Assembly (NCBI RefSeq): GCF_024400915.1
Contig: NZ_JAKSLX010000014.1
Origin: Treponema sp.
GTDB lineage: Bacteria; Spirochaetota; Spirochaetia; Treponematales; Treponemataceae
Length of the DNA: 64,000 nt
Reading direction: 5' to 3' (one strand)
Both the position numbers and the translations under genes were made by a program. Under the pieces are notes generated by a model. It saw only the letters and a program-made list of their open reading frames with translations. It did not search any database and was not told the DNA's origin. Of the stretch, positions 26,993 to 36,373 are shown one piece after another; the first letter of the stretch is position 1, and each line of letters starts with the position of its first letter.

Positions 26993-27394
26993 ATGGAAAA
27001 ATTCATAAAGACTACCGCAGAAGAATTGACTGGAGTCCAGAAGGCCGCAATCCTGATGGCTGAGCTTGGACCTCTCTTGAATGACAATTATGGGGAACTC
27101 TGCAAGTATTTAAAACTCACCACAGAAGAGATGGAGAAGATCCGTCGCGCTATGGAAAATTTCAAGCCATATCTTCAGACGGAACCAAAAAACGTAGAGG
27201 AAATCTACAGGGAACAGGCGGTCCTTGCAGAAGCAATCAATTACGGAAGAAGAAAAGGAATTTTCACACCTATCCCAAAAGATCAGCTTAAAAATACTTA
27301 TGTTAAGAAGATACAGTCGGATGACATCACTGAGATTGTCAAGGAGAATCCAGACGCTGTGGCAAAACTTTTAAGCCAATGGCTTGATGAATAG
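26993..27394 (+). CDS. small FliG-N-like protein with a FliF-C-like tail
   Basis: LTGVQKAAILMAELGP resembles the FliG N-terminal domain. The tail ENPDAVAKLLSQWLDE resembles the FliF C-terminal helix. Both comparisons are from memory. Confidence 0.5.
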   Translation: MEKFIKTTAEELTGVQKAAILMAELGPLLNDNYGELCKYLKLTTEEMEKIRRAMENFKPYLQTEPKNVEEIYREQAVLAEAINYGRRKGIFTPIPKDQLKNTYVKKIQSDDITEIVKENPDAVAKLLSQWLDE

Positions 27395-27404
27395 GAACTG
27401 AGCT

Positions 27405-29291
27405 ATGAAAAAGAAGATTGCGGTATTGACTTCCGGATGGTCCATTGATTACCTGAACTGTGTCATTGAAGGCCTAAAAAAATCAATGGAGAAACGGAAC
27501 ATTGATATATACATTTTTACCTGCTATAAGTTCAATGAACCGAGCGGGGAAAACAACATCACAAGTTTCGCGGTTTTTGATCTCATTGATTACAAGGATT
27601 TTGATGGCGTCATCATCATGCCTAATCTTTTTAATGATGAGGAACGGGTTGAGCACGAAAGGAAACGTATTGTGGAATCAGGCGTTCCTGCGGTTTCTCT
27701 CTGTCAGCCTTTGGAAGGTCTCCATTTTGTGAACAGCGACAACCATGATTCATATAAGAATATGATTGTCCATCTGATAAAACAGCATTATCTTACTGAT
27801 TTCGCCTATATTGGTGGTCCGGACGGGAATGCAGGCGCAGACTCGAATTTCAGGGCATACAAGGAAGCTTTGGAAGAGAATGGGATTCCGGTGAATGACA
27901 AGGATGTCTATCTCCACGGTGACTGGTCTTATGACTTTGCCTATAAGAAGGCAAATGAGATTCTTACATCAAAGAAAATCCCACAGGCAATTGTCTGCGT
28001 GAACGATTGGGCTGCAATGGCAACGACAAAAGCTGCGCTTCAGCTTGGAATTTCTGTTCCTGAAGAACTTGTGGTCATAGGTTTTGATGATATCTCCTAT
28101 GCCAAAAATGTAATTCCTTCAATATCTACCGTAAATATTCGCGCCGAACTGCTGGCGGAAACCGCGGTGGATCTGCTTCTTAAAAAACAGAAGGAGCTGG
28201 TGACTGTAAACATCAAGGCGGAAGAGAAATACCGACAGAGCTGTGGATGCATTTCTGATATCCGAGTGGAGCAGATAAAATACAGCCAGGGATATTTCCA
28301 TGGAATTGATGATGTCCAGCGTTTTGCGAGCCAGCTTCGTCATATGGAAGACATCTTTATCCAGAATCAGACTGTCGTGAAGATGAAGAGCGCATTGCAG
28401 AATTATTTTGAGCGCCGTCATACTTCTGAAGGTTCAGATTTTGCTATTCTTATAAAGGATGAGGTGATCCAGAATCTTATTGATGTGGATTCAAGCCTTC
28501 CAGAAAGCACCACCTATGGCGAAAAAATGAGGATTGTCGTGAATCTTCAGGATGGAAAATCTGTCGCTGGCGGTGACATTCTCAATACAAGGGAATTGAT
28601 CCCAGCAAACATGAAAGAAAAGAACAGCACGATTTATCTTTTCCTTCCGATTTTCAACAGAAAATATCTTCACGGATATTATGTCTCAAAGAATTTCACC
28701 CATCTTCTCGACAACAAGAGCGCCTATAACTGGACACGAAACTTTGGAACCTGTATTGAGAAATTCCGTCAGACAGTAGAATACCGTTTGATCAGCGAAC
28801 AGCTCAGGGAGCTTTCGGTGAAGGATTCACTTTCGGGACTCTTGAATCGCACTGGACTTGATATGATCGCTTCCAAATTCTTTGAAGAAAACAATCAGGG
28901 CGGCAAGAAGACTGTGATAGCCTTTGTTGACATCAACAACATGAAGATCATAAATGATAAATTTGGCCATCTCCATGGGGACCTTGCGATCAAGACTGTT
29001 GCGGAATCAATCAGCGAAACCTTGCCAAAGGATTTTCTCGCAATTCGTTTTGGCGGAGATGAATTTGTGATTGTCGGATCTCGTCAGCGTGAAGGAAAGC
29101 TCGATCTTTGCGAAAGGATTAAGGATGACCTTGCCAAGAGGGCAGAGAAGATGTCGTTGCCTTATAATCTGACTGTGAGCACCGGTCTTAAATTCTTTAA
29201 ATCCGGAGAAAAGGCGACATTGCTCGATGCCATTGAAGAAGTTGATGAAATGATGTACAAGAATAAAATCCAGTTCCACAAATTGGGCTAG
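27405..29291 (+). CDS. diguanylate cyclase with an N-terminal LacI/PBP1-like sugar-binding domain
   Basis: C-terminal GGDEF domain (LSGLLNRTG, IRFGGDEFVIVG). The N-terminal ~280 aa look like a periplasmic-binding-protein type 1 fold (VCVNDWAAMATTKA, VIGFDDI) with no signal peptide. Confidence 0.85.
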   Translation: MKKKIAVLTSGWSIDYLNCVIEGLKKSMEKRNIDIYIFTCYKFNEPSGENNITSFAVFDLIDYKDFDGVIIMPNLFNDEERVEHERKRIVESGVPAVSLCQPLEGLHFVNSDNHDSYKNMIVHLIKQHYLTDFAYIGGPDGNAGADSNFRAYKEALEENGIPVNDKDVYLHGDWSYDFAYKKANEILTSKKIPQAIVCVNDWAAMATTKAALQLGISVPEELVVIGFDDISYAKNVIPSISTVNIRAELLAETAVDLLLKKQKELVTVNIKAEEKYRQSCGCISDIRVEQIKYSQGYFHGIDDVQRFASQLRHMEDIFIQNQTVVKMKSALQNYFERRHTSEGSDFAILIKDEVIQNLIDVDSSLPESTTYGEKMRIVVNLQDGKSVAGGDILNTRELIPANMKEKNSTIYLFLPIFNRKYLHGYYVSKNFTHLLDNKSAYNWTRNFGTCIEKFRQTVEYRLISEQLRELSVKDSLSGLLNRTGLDMIASKFFEENNQGGKKTVIAFVDINNMKIINDKFGHLHGDLAIKTVAESISETLPKDFLAIRFGGDEFVIVGSRQREGKLDLCERIKDDLAKRAEKMSLPYNLTVSTGLKFFKSGEKATLLDAIEEVDEMMYKNKIQFHKLG

Positions 29292-29309
29292 GATAGTCCT
29301 GAGGTTAAT

Positions 29310-30419
29310 ATGAACGTTTTTCCACCAATAAATAAATCTTTTTATACAATCAACAATGAACCTGCCGCAAACCTGAAAGAATGTCTTGGAATGATGTCGC
29401 GGGAACAGCTGAATACTCTTGTCGACAACTACAGTTTCGATTACGAGGTTTTTGAAAGCGAAGACCAGATTGTTGAATTCCTGAGCGACCGCATATTGAA
29501 TCTGTGCGATTATTATTTCAAGCTTAAGAGCGAGGATGTTGGCATGGCATATCTTGAATATATGCCAGAAAGCCCGGAAGCAGTCGTCGAGGACCAGATC
29601 TTTTCGGAAATCGAAGATGAGTATACAAAAAAGCTGCAGGGAACCATTGAGGAATTCGTGCAGTTTGGATTGATGTTCCATTTTGTAGATGAGGATGACT
29701 ACGATCACCTTGTTATGCCGGTGGAGCTCTGCATGGAATTTGTTTCGGAAAATCTCGGCAATGACGGAAGAAATAAATTCGGAATCTATTCGCGTTTCTC
29801 ACAGATCGCAGAGATCCTTGTGTCTCTGTATGGAATCGTTCCCGCCAAGATAATGGAGGCTGTCTGGAATCAGCAGTATCCAAACAGAAAAATCACAGAG
29901 GAGCTTTGCGGTGACCTGATGGAGGTTTCTTCATTCACAGATGGAATCGCTGACTATTATAACAAGGAGCTTGTGAACCCTTCGATTTTTGATGAGCTTT
30001 ATGAATACCTTAAAAAGGAACGGGAGAATAAACCCCGCTTCATCCCTTCTGGCACTCAGATAGATGTGATGCTCAAGATGATGGATGAGGACAAGACTTT
30101 CTGTTCGAATTTCTACAATGAATTTGAGTATGAATACAACAACGATGATTACGAGAATCTGAAGTCCTTCCTGAAAATCTACTATAAAGGCAAGGTTTCC
30201 TTGGAGGAAGTTCTTTTCCACATCTGTTTCTACACCAAGGCCGGATATCCTTTGACCCAGGTTGTGAAAATTCTGAATGAAAAGGATTTCCTGCTTTCTG
30301 GCATGGATGATTCTGTTGCGGAGCGTTTTGGCAGTCTGTTCAAGCTGTTCAATGAAACCTGCCATCATTGGACAAGCTGGGGATGGTCTCCAAGAGACTA
30401 CGAGAAATACAACAGCTAG
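29310..30419 (+). CDS. hypothetical acidic protein
   Basis: 369-aa ORF 18 nt after the cyclase gene. No family recognised. Confidence 0.55.
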   Translation: MNVFPPINKSFYTINNEPAANLKECLGMMSREQLNTLVDNYSFDYEVFESEDQIVEFLSDRILNLCDYYFKLKSEDVGMAYLEYMPESPEAVVEDQIFSEIEDEYTKKLQGTIEEFVQFGLMFHFVDEDDYDHLVMPVELCMEFVSENLGNDGRNKFGIYSRFSQIAEILVSLYGIVPAKIMEAVWNQQYPNRKITEELCGDLMEVSSFTDGIADYYNKELVNPSIFDELYEYLKKERENKPRFIPSGTQIDVMLKMMDEDKTFCSNFYNEFEYEYNNDDYENLKSFLKIYYKGKVSLEEVLFHICFYTKAGYPLTQVVKILNEKDFLLSGMDDSVAERFGSLFKLFNETCHHWTSWGWSPRDYEKYNS

Positions 30420-30436
30420 CGAACTGGGATTCCAGC

Positions 30437-30925
30437 CTATCTCTGATTAAGTTTTATGATTCTCTGGTTTTCCGATCCGCGGAATTCCAGCATGAGGTTG
30501 CGCTTTTCCTGGATGAAAGGACCGTCAACCAGAGTGTCTATGCATTTAAGCATGCGATCCGTAAATTCAGTGCGTTTCCTGCCGCCTTCCATCAGATCTT
30601 TTTCCAGCACATAGCCGGTCCAGCACCAGATATCTTTGCTTGGATAGATTGATTTCAGCTTCTCAAGAAATGGCGCGAGAACCTCCTGGTTTTCTTCCTC
30701 AAATGGTTCGCCGCCAAGCAGAGAAAAACCGGAGATTGACGCAGGTTCCATAAGCTTGATTATCTCGTTTTCGGTGTCGGATGTGAATTCGCTTCCAAAT
30801 TTGAAATCCCAGGTTTGAGGCTGGAAACATCCCGGACAGCAGTTTCTGCAGCCGCTGACAAAAAGAGATACGCGAACTCCAAGTCCGTTGGCAACATCAA
30901 AATTCTTTATGGCACCGTAATACAT
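30437..30925 (-). CDS. nrdG: anaerobic ribonucleoside-triphosphate reductase activating protein
   Basis: MYYGAIKNFDVANGLGVRVSLFVSGCRNCCPGCFQPQTWDF carries the NrdG cluster motif. Start moved to ATG 30925 (GGAG upstream). Confidence 0.9.
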   Translation of the reverse strand: MYYGAIKNFDVANGLGVRVSLFVSGCRNCCPGCFQPQTWDFKFGSEFTSDTENEIIKLMEPASISGFSLLGGEPFEEENQEVLAPFLEKLKSIYPSKDIWCWTGYVLEKDLMEGGRKRTEFTDRMLKCIDTLVDGPFIQEKRNLMLEFRGSENQRIIKLNQR

Positions 30926-30987
30926 AAATTCTCCAAAAAAAATCCCCGGAAAGCCATTCCGAGGATTCTGCAATGAAACTACAAAGG

Positions 30988-33150
30988 TTAGAGGTGAAGT
31001 ACTCTTTCCTTGATTTCTTCCGTTCTTCCCTGATTCCAGAAGTTGGTTCCGATATATCCGCAAGTTCTTCTTGCGACATTCATCATTGACTGATCTGTGT
31101 TTCCGCACTGAGGACATTTCCAGATGAGTTTTCCGTCGTTGTCTTCCACAACCTGAATCTCGCCGGTAAATCCACATTTCTGGCAGCAGTCAGATTTAGT
31201 GTTGAGCTCTGCGTACATGATGTTGTCGTAGATATGCTTCAATACTGCGATGACAGCTGGAATGTTCTGCTGCATGTTTGGAACTTCAACATAGCTGATT
31301 GCTCCACCAGGACTCAATTTCTGGAACTGGCTTTCGAATGTAAGCTTTGAGAATGCATCGATGTTTTCAGTTACATGCACATGATAGCTGTTTGTGATGT
31401 AGTTTTTATCTGTAACGCCTGGTATGACACCAAAACGCTGTTTAAGGCATTTTGCGAATTTGTATGTTGTCGATTCAAGTGGAGTTCCGTAAACAGAGAA
31501 TGCGATTGTTGTCTCTTCCTTCCATTTGTCACAAGCATCATTAAGGCGTTTCATAATATCCAGAGCGAATGGAGTTGCCTGTGGATCTGTATGTGGACGG
31601 CCTGTCATGTAGCGAACGCATTCGCAAAGACCTGCATATCCCAAAGAAATTGTTGAATATCCGTTGAAGAGAAGCTTGTCGATTTTTTCTCCCTTCTTGA
31701 GACGGGCGATGGCACCGTTCTGCCAGAGGATTGGAGCGACATCACTTGGAGTTCCCAAAAGTCTCTTGTGGCGGATCATAAGTGCACGGTAACACAAGTC
31801 AAGGCGGTCATTGAAGATCTGCCAGAATTTTTCCATGTCTTTGCCGCTTGAACATGCTATGTCAACAAGATTCAATGTTACGACACCCTGATTGAAGCGG
31901 CCATAGAATTTAGGCTTTCCTGTCTCATCACGGTATACAGAAAGGAATGAACGGCATCCCATACAAGGGAAACAGCTGCCTTCCTTGATTTCCTTCATTT
32001 TCTTTTCGCTGATGTAATCTGGAACAAGGCGTTTAGCAGTACATTTTGCTGCAAGTTCTGTAAGATAGAAATATTTCTGGTCTTCGTTGATGTTGTCTTC
32101 TTCCAAAACATAGATGAGCTTAGGGAATGCTGGAGTAACCCAGAAACCTGCTTCGTTGCGAACGCCCTTTGTACGCTGTTTGAGAACTTCCTCAATGATG
32201 AGAGCCAGATCAGCCTTTTCCTGTTCGTTGCGGGCTTCATTCAGATACATGAACACTGTGATGAATGGAGACTGTCCGTTTGTTGTCATGAGTGTGACAA
32301 CCTGATACTGGATGATCTGTACACCACGGGTGATTTCTTCTGCAAGGCGGCGTTCAACGATTTTGTCGAACTGTTCTTTTGTGAATGTGACACCTGTTTC
32401 TTCGATTGTCTGATTCAATTCCTTGATGAGCTTCTTGCGGCTTACGTCAACAAATGGAGCCAGGTGTGTCAAGGAGATTGACTGTCCGCCATATTGGCTT
32501 GAAGCAACCTGTGCGATTATCTGTGTTGCAATGTTACATGCTGTTGAGAAGGAATGAGGAGTATCGATCTTTGTTCCGCTGATTACTGTTCCGTTCTGGA
32601 GCATGTCCTCAAGATTCACGAGGTCACAGTTGTGCATATGCTGTGCGAAATAATCTGCGTCATGGAAATGAATGATACCTTCATTGTGGGCCTGAACGAT
32701 GTCTTCATCCAAAAGGAAACGGCGTGTGATATCCTTTGAAACTTCACCTGCCATGTAATCACGCTGAACAGACACCACAGTTGGATTCTTGTTGGAATTT
32801 TCCTGCTTAACTTCTTCGTTTGTGCATTCAAGCAAAGAGAGGATCTGCTGGTCTGTTGAATTTGATTTACGCATCAAAGCATGGCGATAACGGTATGTGA
32901 TGTATGAACGAGCGATCTGGAACGCACCGATGCGCATCAATTCAGTTTCTACCAAGTCCTGGATTGCCTCAACGTTAAGCTGTACCTTGCTTGCATAACA
33001 GGCATCCTTTACTTTTGATGATACTGCCTGGATGTAAGCCTCAGAGATGCGATCAACCTCTGGAACAGCGTTGTTTGCTTTTTCAATGGCATTAACTATT
33101 TTCTGGACGTCGAAGATGGCTTCTTCACCGTTTCTTTTGATGATCTTCAT
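30988..33150 (-). CDS. nrdD: anaerobic ribonucleoside-triphosphate reductase
   Basis: N-terminal ATP-cone, C-terminal Zn ribbon CCQKCGF...CPQCG, and the glycyl-radical motif RRTCGYIG. Confidence 0.95.
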   Translation of the reverse strand: MKIIKRNGEEAIFDVQKIVNAIEKANNAVPEVDRISEAYIQAVSSKVKDACYASKVQLNVEAIQDLVETELMRIGAFQIARSYITYRYRHALMRKSNSTDQQILSLLECTNEEVKQENSNKNPTVVSVQRDYMAGEVSKDITRRFLLDEDIVQAHNEGIIHFHDADYFAQHMHNCDLVNLEDMLQNGTVISGTKIDTPHSFSTACNIATQIIAQVASSQYGGQSISLTHLAPFVDVSRKKLIKELNQTIEETGVTFTKEQFDKIVERRLAEEITRGVQIIQYQVVTLMTTNGQSPFITVFMYLNEARNEQEKADLALIIEEVLKQRTKGVRNEAGFWVTPAFPKLIYVLEEDNINEDQKYFYLTELAAKCTAKRLVPDYISEKKMKEIKEGSCFPCMGCRSFLSVYRDETGKPKFYGRFNQGVVTLNLVDIACSSGKDMEKFWQIFNDRLDLCYRALMIRHKRLLGTPSDVAPILWQNGAIARLKKGEKIDKLLFNGYSTISLGYAGLCECVRYMTGRPHTDPQATPFALDIMKRLNDACDKWKEETTIAFSVYGTPLESTTYKFAKCLKQRFGVIPGVTDKNYITNSYHVHVTENIDAFSKLTFESQFQKLSPGGAISYVEVPNMQQNIPAVIAVLKHIYDNIMYAELNTKSDCCQKCGFTGEIQVVEDNDGKLIWKCPQCGNTDQSMMNVARRTCGYIGTNFWNQGRTEEIKERVLHL

Positions 33151-33230
33151 TTTTTATATCCCACCATTTTTTAAAACACACTTTTAACTAATTGTCAATA
33201 GTGTTTTTATATTATTTTTTCATTTAATGT

Positions 33231-33246
33231 ACACTATATATAGTGT
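33231..33246. promoter_or_regulatory. NrdR box
   Basis: Perfect palindrome ACACTATATATAGTGT, 81-96 nt upstream of the nrdD start. It matches the published NrdR box consensus acaCwAtATaTwGtgt. Confidence 0.7.
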
Positions 33247-33345
33247 CTTGCTGAATATGAATTTACCAAGTATTGCCTAAATTTTCAATAGAAAATACCC
33301 GAATTTCGAGGAATTTTGAGAATAAATTTTTAAGAATTTTTACGG

Positions 33346-34005
33346 CTATTCCACCTGGGTGTAGGTGGTTACTTTTTTGATTTTTCCGTTGTCCCAGAAG
33401 GTATATTTGTACCAGCATTCAAAACCGTCATCGTATTTTGTATGGATGATGTTGCCGTTATCGTCATAGTCATTCAGGTAGCGTTCGGTGTCGGCTGCCT
33501 GTGACTGGTCGATGGTATTTGAGTTTACGAGTCTTCCTTCTGAATTATATTCATACCAGGTCTCTGATCCGTTTGAATTTCTGAAGCGGGTTCTGTTGTT
33601 GTTCTCATCATATTCGTACCACTGCTCGAAATCAAAGGAATCGATTGTGTGAATCAGATTTCTGTTCTCGTCATACTCGAACCAGGTCTCTTTTCCGCTG
33701 GAATCCTTGGAATAAACCTTGAGTCCGTTTTCGTATGTATATTTTGTATCCTTCACATCATTCTTTGTAAGCTTGTGTTTGTAGGAAATGACGTTGCCAT
33801 CAGAATCATACTTCCACCAGAATTCACTGCCCATGGAAGTGAGCGTATGGATGATGTTGCCGTTCTTGTCATATTCAGTGTAGTTTGACAATTCAACCTG
33901 AACCTTTACGTTTTCACCGTTAAGCTTGAAGGTTTGAATTGTTGGCTTTGCAAAAACTGCCGCAGATAATAATGAGATGATGGATAAACAGATAATCTTT
34001 TTCAT
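33346..34005 (-). CDS. secreted protein made of YD/RHS-like repeats
   Basis: Signal peptide MKKIICLSIISLLSAAVFA. Repeats of the type W(F/Y)EYDENxNLIHT occur about 6 times. Confidence 0.6.
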   Translation of the reverse strand: MKKIICLSIISLLSAAVFAKPTIQTFKLNGENVKVQVELSNYTEYDKNGNIIHTLTSMGSEFWWKYDSDGNVISYKHKLTKNDVKDTKYTYENGLKVYSKDSSGKETWFEYDENRNLIHTIDSFDFEQWYEYDENNNRTRFRNSNGSETWYEYNSEGRLVNSNTIDQSQAADTERYLNDYDDNGNIIHTKYDDGFECWYKYTFWDNGKIKKVTTYTQVE

Positions 34006-34036
34006 AGCTATATTCTAATGTTTCCCAATAAAAAGT

Positions 34037-35392
34037 CTACTGAAGATTGTCTCTTGTGATGTTTTTAAGCCATTTCTTTTTTAGATAATGGATGATGATG
34101 GCAGGCATCTTTTCAAATTCATCGAGATAAAGAATCAGATAAACTCCAAGAGGTGGAAGCTTCAGGACAAAAGCTACAAAAAGTCCAAGAGGAACGGAAA
34201 CAACCCACATGCTGATTATATCCATTATGAATCCAAATTTTGCATCTCCACCTGCCCTGAAAAGGCCACAGATAAAGCAGGTGTTTACTGCGGCACCAAA
34301 AATGGAGAAGGCATTTATGATAACAAGAACGTTTCTGTAATGACTTGCGGTTGGAGTAAGAGCTGCGAAATATGGAAGTACAGGTATAAAGCAGAGAATC
34401 AGAAGGCTGGCTCCAAGACCGGCAAATGTCGTGCTTTTAAGAAGCCTTTTTGAATTTCGTTCCGCAAGCTCCAGGTCACCAGATCCCATGGTTTTTCCAA
34501 GAACAACTGCTCCACCATAAGCCATTCCAAAACAAAGGATGGTACAAAGCTGGCGAACAACAGAAACTACAGAATTTGCCGCAACTATGTCTTCACCCAT
34601 GTGACCGAGAATCACGGAATACATTGCCCATCCGGTTCCCCAGACAAGCTCATTTCCCAAGGCTGGAAGCGAGAATTTGATGAAATCCTTGTTGAGAATC
34701 TTATTGAATCGGAAAAGATTCATTAAGGTGAATTTTACATCCTTCTGTCTGGCGGCATAAACAATACAGAAAACCATCTCTATGATTCTTGAGATTGTGG
34801 TTGCGATTCCAACTCCAACAATTCCCATTTTTGGACATCCGAAAAGACCAAAGATGAATACCGCATTCAGACAGATGTTCAGAAGCAAGGCGGTGGTGGT
34901 CATAATCGTTACGATCTTTACTCGTTCAATGCTCTTTAAGCCGGCCTGGAATACCTGGGAGATTGAGAAACATACATAAGAAAGGCTTACTGCCCGAAGA
35001 TATTGTGAACCGGTCTGAATCAGGCTTTCATCGGCAGTGAAGATTTTCATCAGGAGCTGAGGGAAAAAGGCTGCGGCGATGGAAAAAATCAAACCAAATA
35101 TCGCAGATATTCTTAATGCGATTCCATGGAGAGTCATTATGGATTCGTAGTCCTTCTTTCCCCAATATTGGGCTGCAAGCATTACAAGACCGGAAGAAAG
35201 GCCTGTGGCAACCATCACCATAATGAACATGATCTGCCCTGCGAGTGAAGATGCGGCGATTGCTGTCTGTCCTACATAACCCAGCATGATTACGTCAGCT
35301 GAGCTTACGGCTGCAGTTATGAGGTTCTGGACTGCGATCGGTCCAACAACATGGAAAAGGGATTTATAAAACTGTTTTGATTCTGTGTCCAT
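34037..35392 (-). CDS. MATE family efflux transporter
   Basis: MATE N-terminal motif VGPIAVQNLITAAVSSADVIMLG. Start moved to ATG 35392 (GGAG upstream). Confidence 0.85.
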   Translation of the reverse strand: MDTESKQFYKSLFHVVGPIAVQNLITAAVSSADVIMLGYVGQTAIAASSLAGQIMFIMVMVATGLSSGLVMLAAQYWGKKDYESIMTLHGIALRISAIFGLIFSIAAAFFPQLLMKIFTADESLIQTGSQYLRAVSLSYVCFSISQVFQAGLKSIERVKIVTIMTTTALLLNICLNAVFIFGLFGCPKMGIVGVGIATTISRIIEMVFCIVYAARQKDVKFTLMNLFRFNKILNKDFIKFSLPALGNELVWGTGWAMYSVILGHMGEDIVAANSVVSVVRQLCTILCFGMAYGGAVVLGKTMGSGDLELAERNSKRLLKSTTFAGLGASLLILCFIPVLPYFAALTPTASHYRNVLVIINAFSIFGAAVNTCFICGLFRAGGDAKFGFIMDIISMWVVSVPLGLFVAFVLKLPPLGVYLILYLDEFEKMPAIIIHYLKKKWLKNITRDNLQ

Positions 35393-35446
35393 AAAAACTC
35401 CGGCAGTGTGATTATACAATTTCCCGCTAATTTTCTTCAATAAAAA

Positions 35447-36358
35447 GTGAAAACTAAGGTTATAATTAAAATCATGGAATATTCATCAAATTCAGATAAG
35501 ATCACACGGGAATATTTTGATTCCCTTCTTTTGGAGACACGCTATCTCGACAGCGCCCTGCCTTGTACTAAAATGGAACTTTTTGGAGAAACCTTTGACA
35601 CTCCAATCATGACAGCAGCTTTATCTCATCTTGGAAACACTGCCCCTGATGGAATGAAAATCTACGCACAGGCCGCAAAACAGGCAAATGCGGTTCATTG
35701 GGTTGGAATGGGTGAAGATGAAGAGCTTGAGGACATCATTTCTACAGGAGCCAAGACAATCAAAATCATAAAACCTCATGAAGATAATGCTGAAGTCTTT
35801 AGAAAGATTGAACATGCAGTTGGTGCCGGCTGTTTTGCGGTTGGAATGGATATAGATCATTCATTCAACGGCAAAGGCGGTTATGACAATGTTCTTGGAC
35901 TTCCTATGAAAGCAAAATCAACAGAGGAATTGGCTGAATTTGTGCAGGCCGCAAAGATTTCATTTGTCGTAAAGGGAGTTCAGAGCGCAAAGGATGCCGT
36001 AAAATGTCTGAAGGCAGGGTGTGCGGGAATTGTGATCTCTCATCATCACAACATGATGGCTTATTCAGTTCCTCCTTTATTTGTTTTGCCTGAGATCCTT
36101 TCTGCGGTTTCAAACGAAATTCCAGTTTTTGTTGATTGTGGAATTGAAAGCGGAATGGACGCATATAAGGCTTTGGCGCTTGGAGCGACAGCTGTTTCTG
36201 TAGGCAGACATTTGATGCCTCTTCTAAAGGAAGGTCCTGACAAGGTTGCTGCACGTATTGTTGAGATGAACAACGAGCTTGCAGGTGTTATGTCCCGAAC
36301 TGGCGTAAAATCCCTTTCAGAAATGGATCCGACCGTAATCCATAAACGCAATTTCTAG
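35447..36358 (+). CDS. FMN-dependent alpha-hydroxy-acid oxidising enzyme family protein
   Basis: Pattern DTPIMTAAL...GIVISHHH...PVFVDCGIESGMDAYKALALGATAVSVGR. Start uncertain (GTG 35447 or ATG 35474). Confidence 0.7.
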   Translation: MKTKVIIKIMEYSSNSDKITREYFDSLLLETRYLDSALPCTKMELFGETFDTPIMTAALSHLGNTAPDGMKIYAQAAKQANAVHWVGMGEDEELEDIISTGAKTIKIIKPHEDNAEVFRKIEHAVGAGCFAVGMDIDHSFNGKGGYDNVLGLPMKAKSTEELAEFVQAAKISFVVKGVQSAKDAVKCLKAGCAGIVISHHHNMMAYSVPPLFVLPEILSAVSNEIPVFVDCGIESGMDAYKALALGATAVSVGRHLMPLLKEGPDKVAARIVEMNNELAGVMSRTGVKSLSEMDPTVIHKRNF

Positions 36359-36373
36359 ATTTAAGGAATATTT

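Noticed and set aside
29007-29708. 233-aa minus-strand ORF spanning the end of the cyclase gene and the start of the next gene
   Set aside because: It is opposite two well-formed plus-strand genes and has no motif support.
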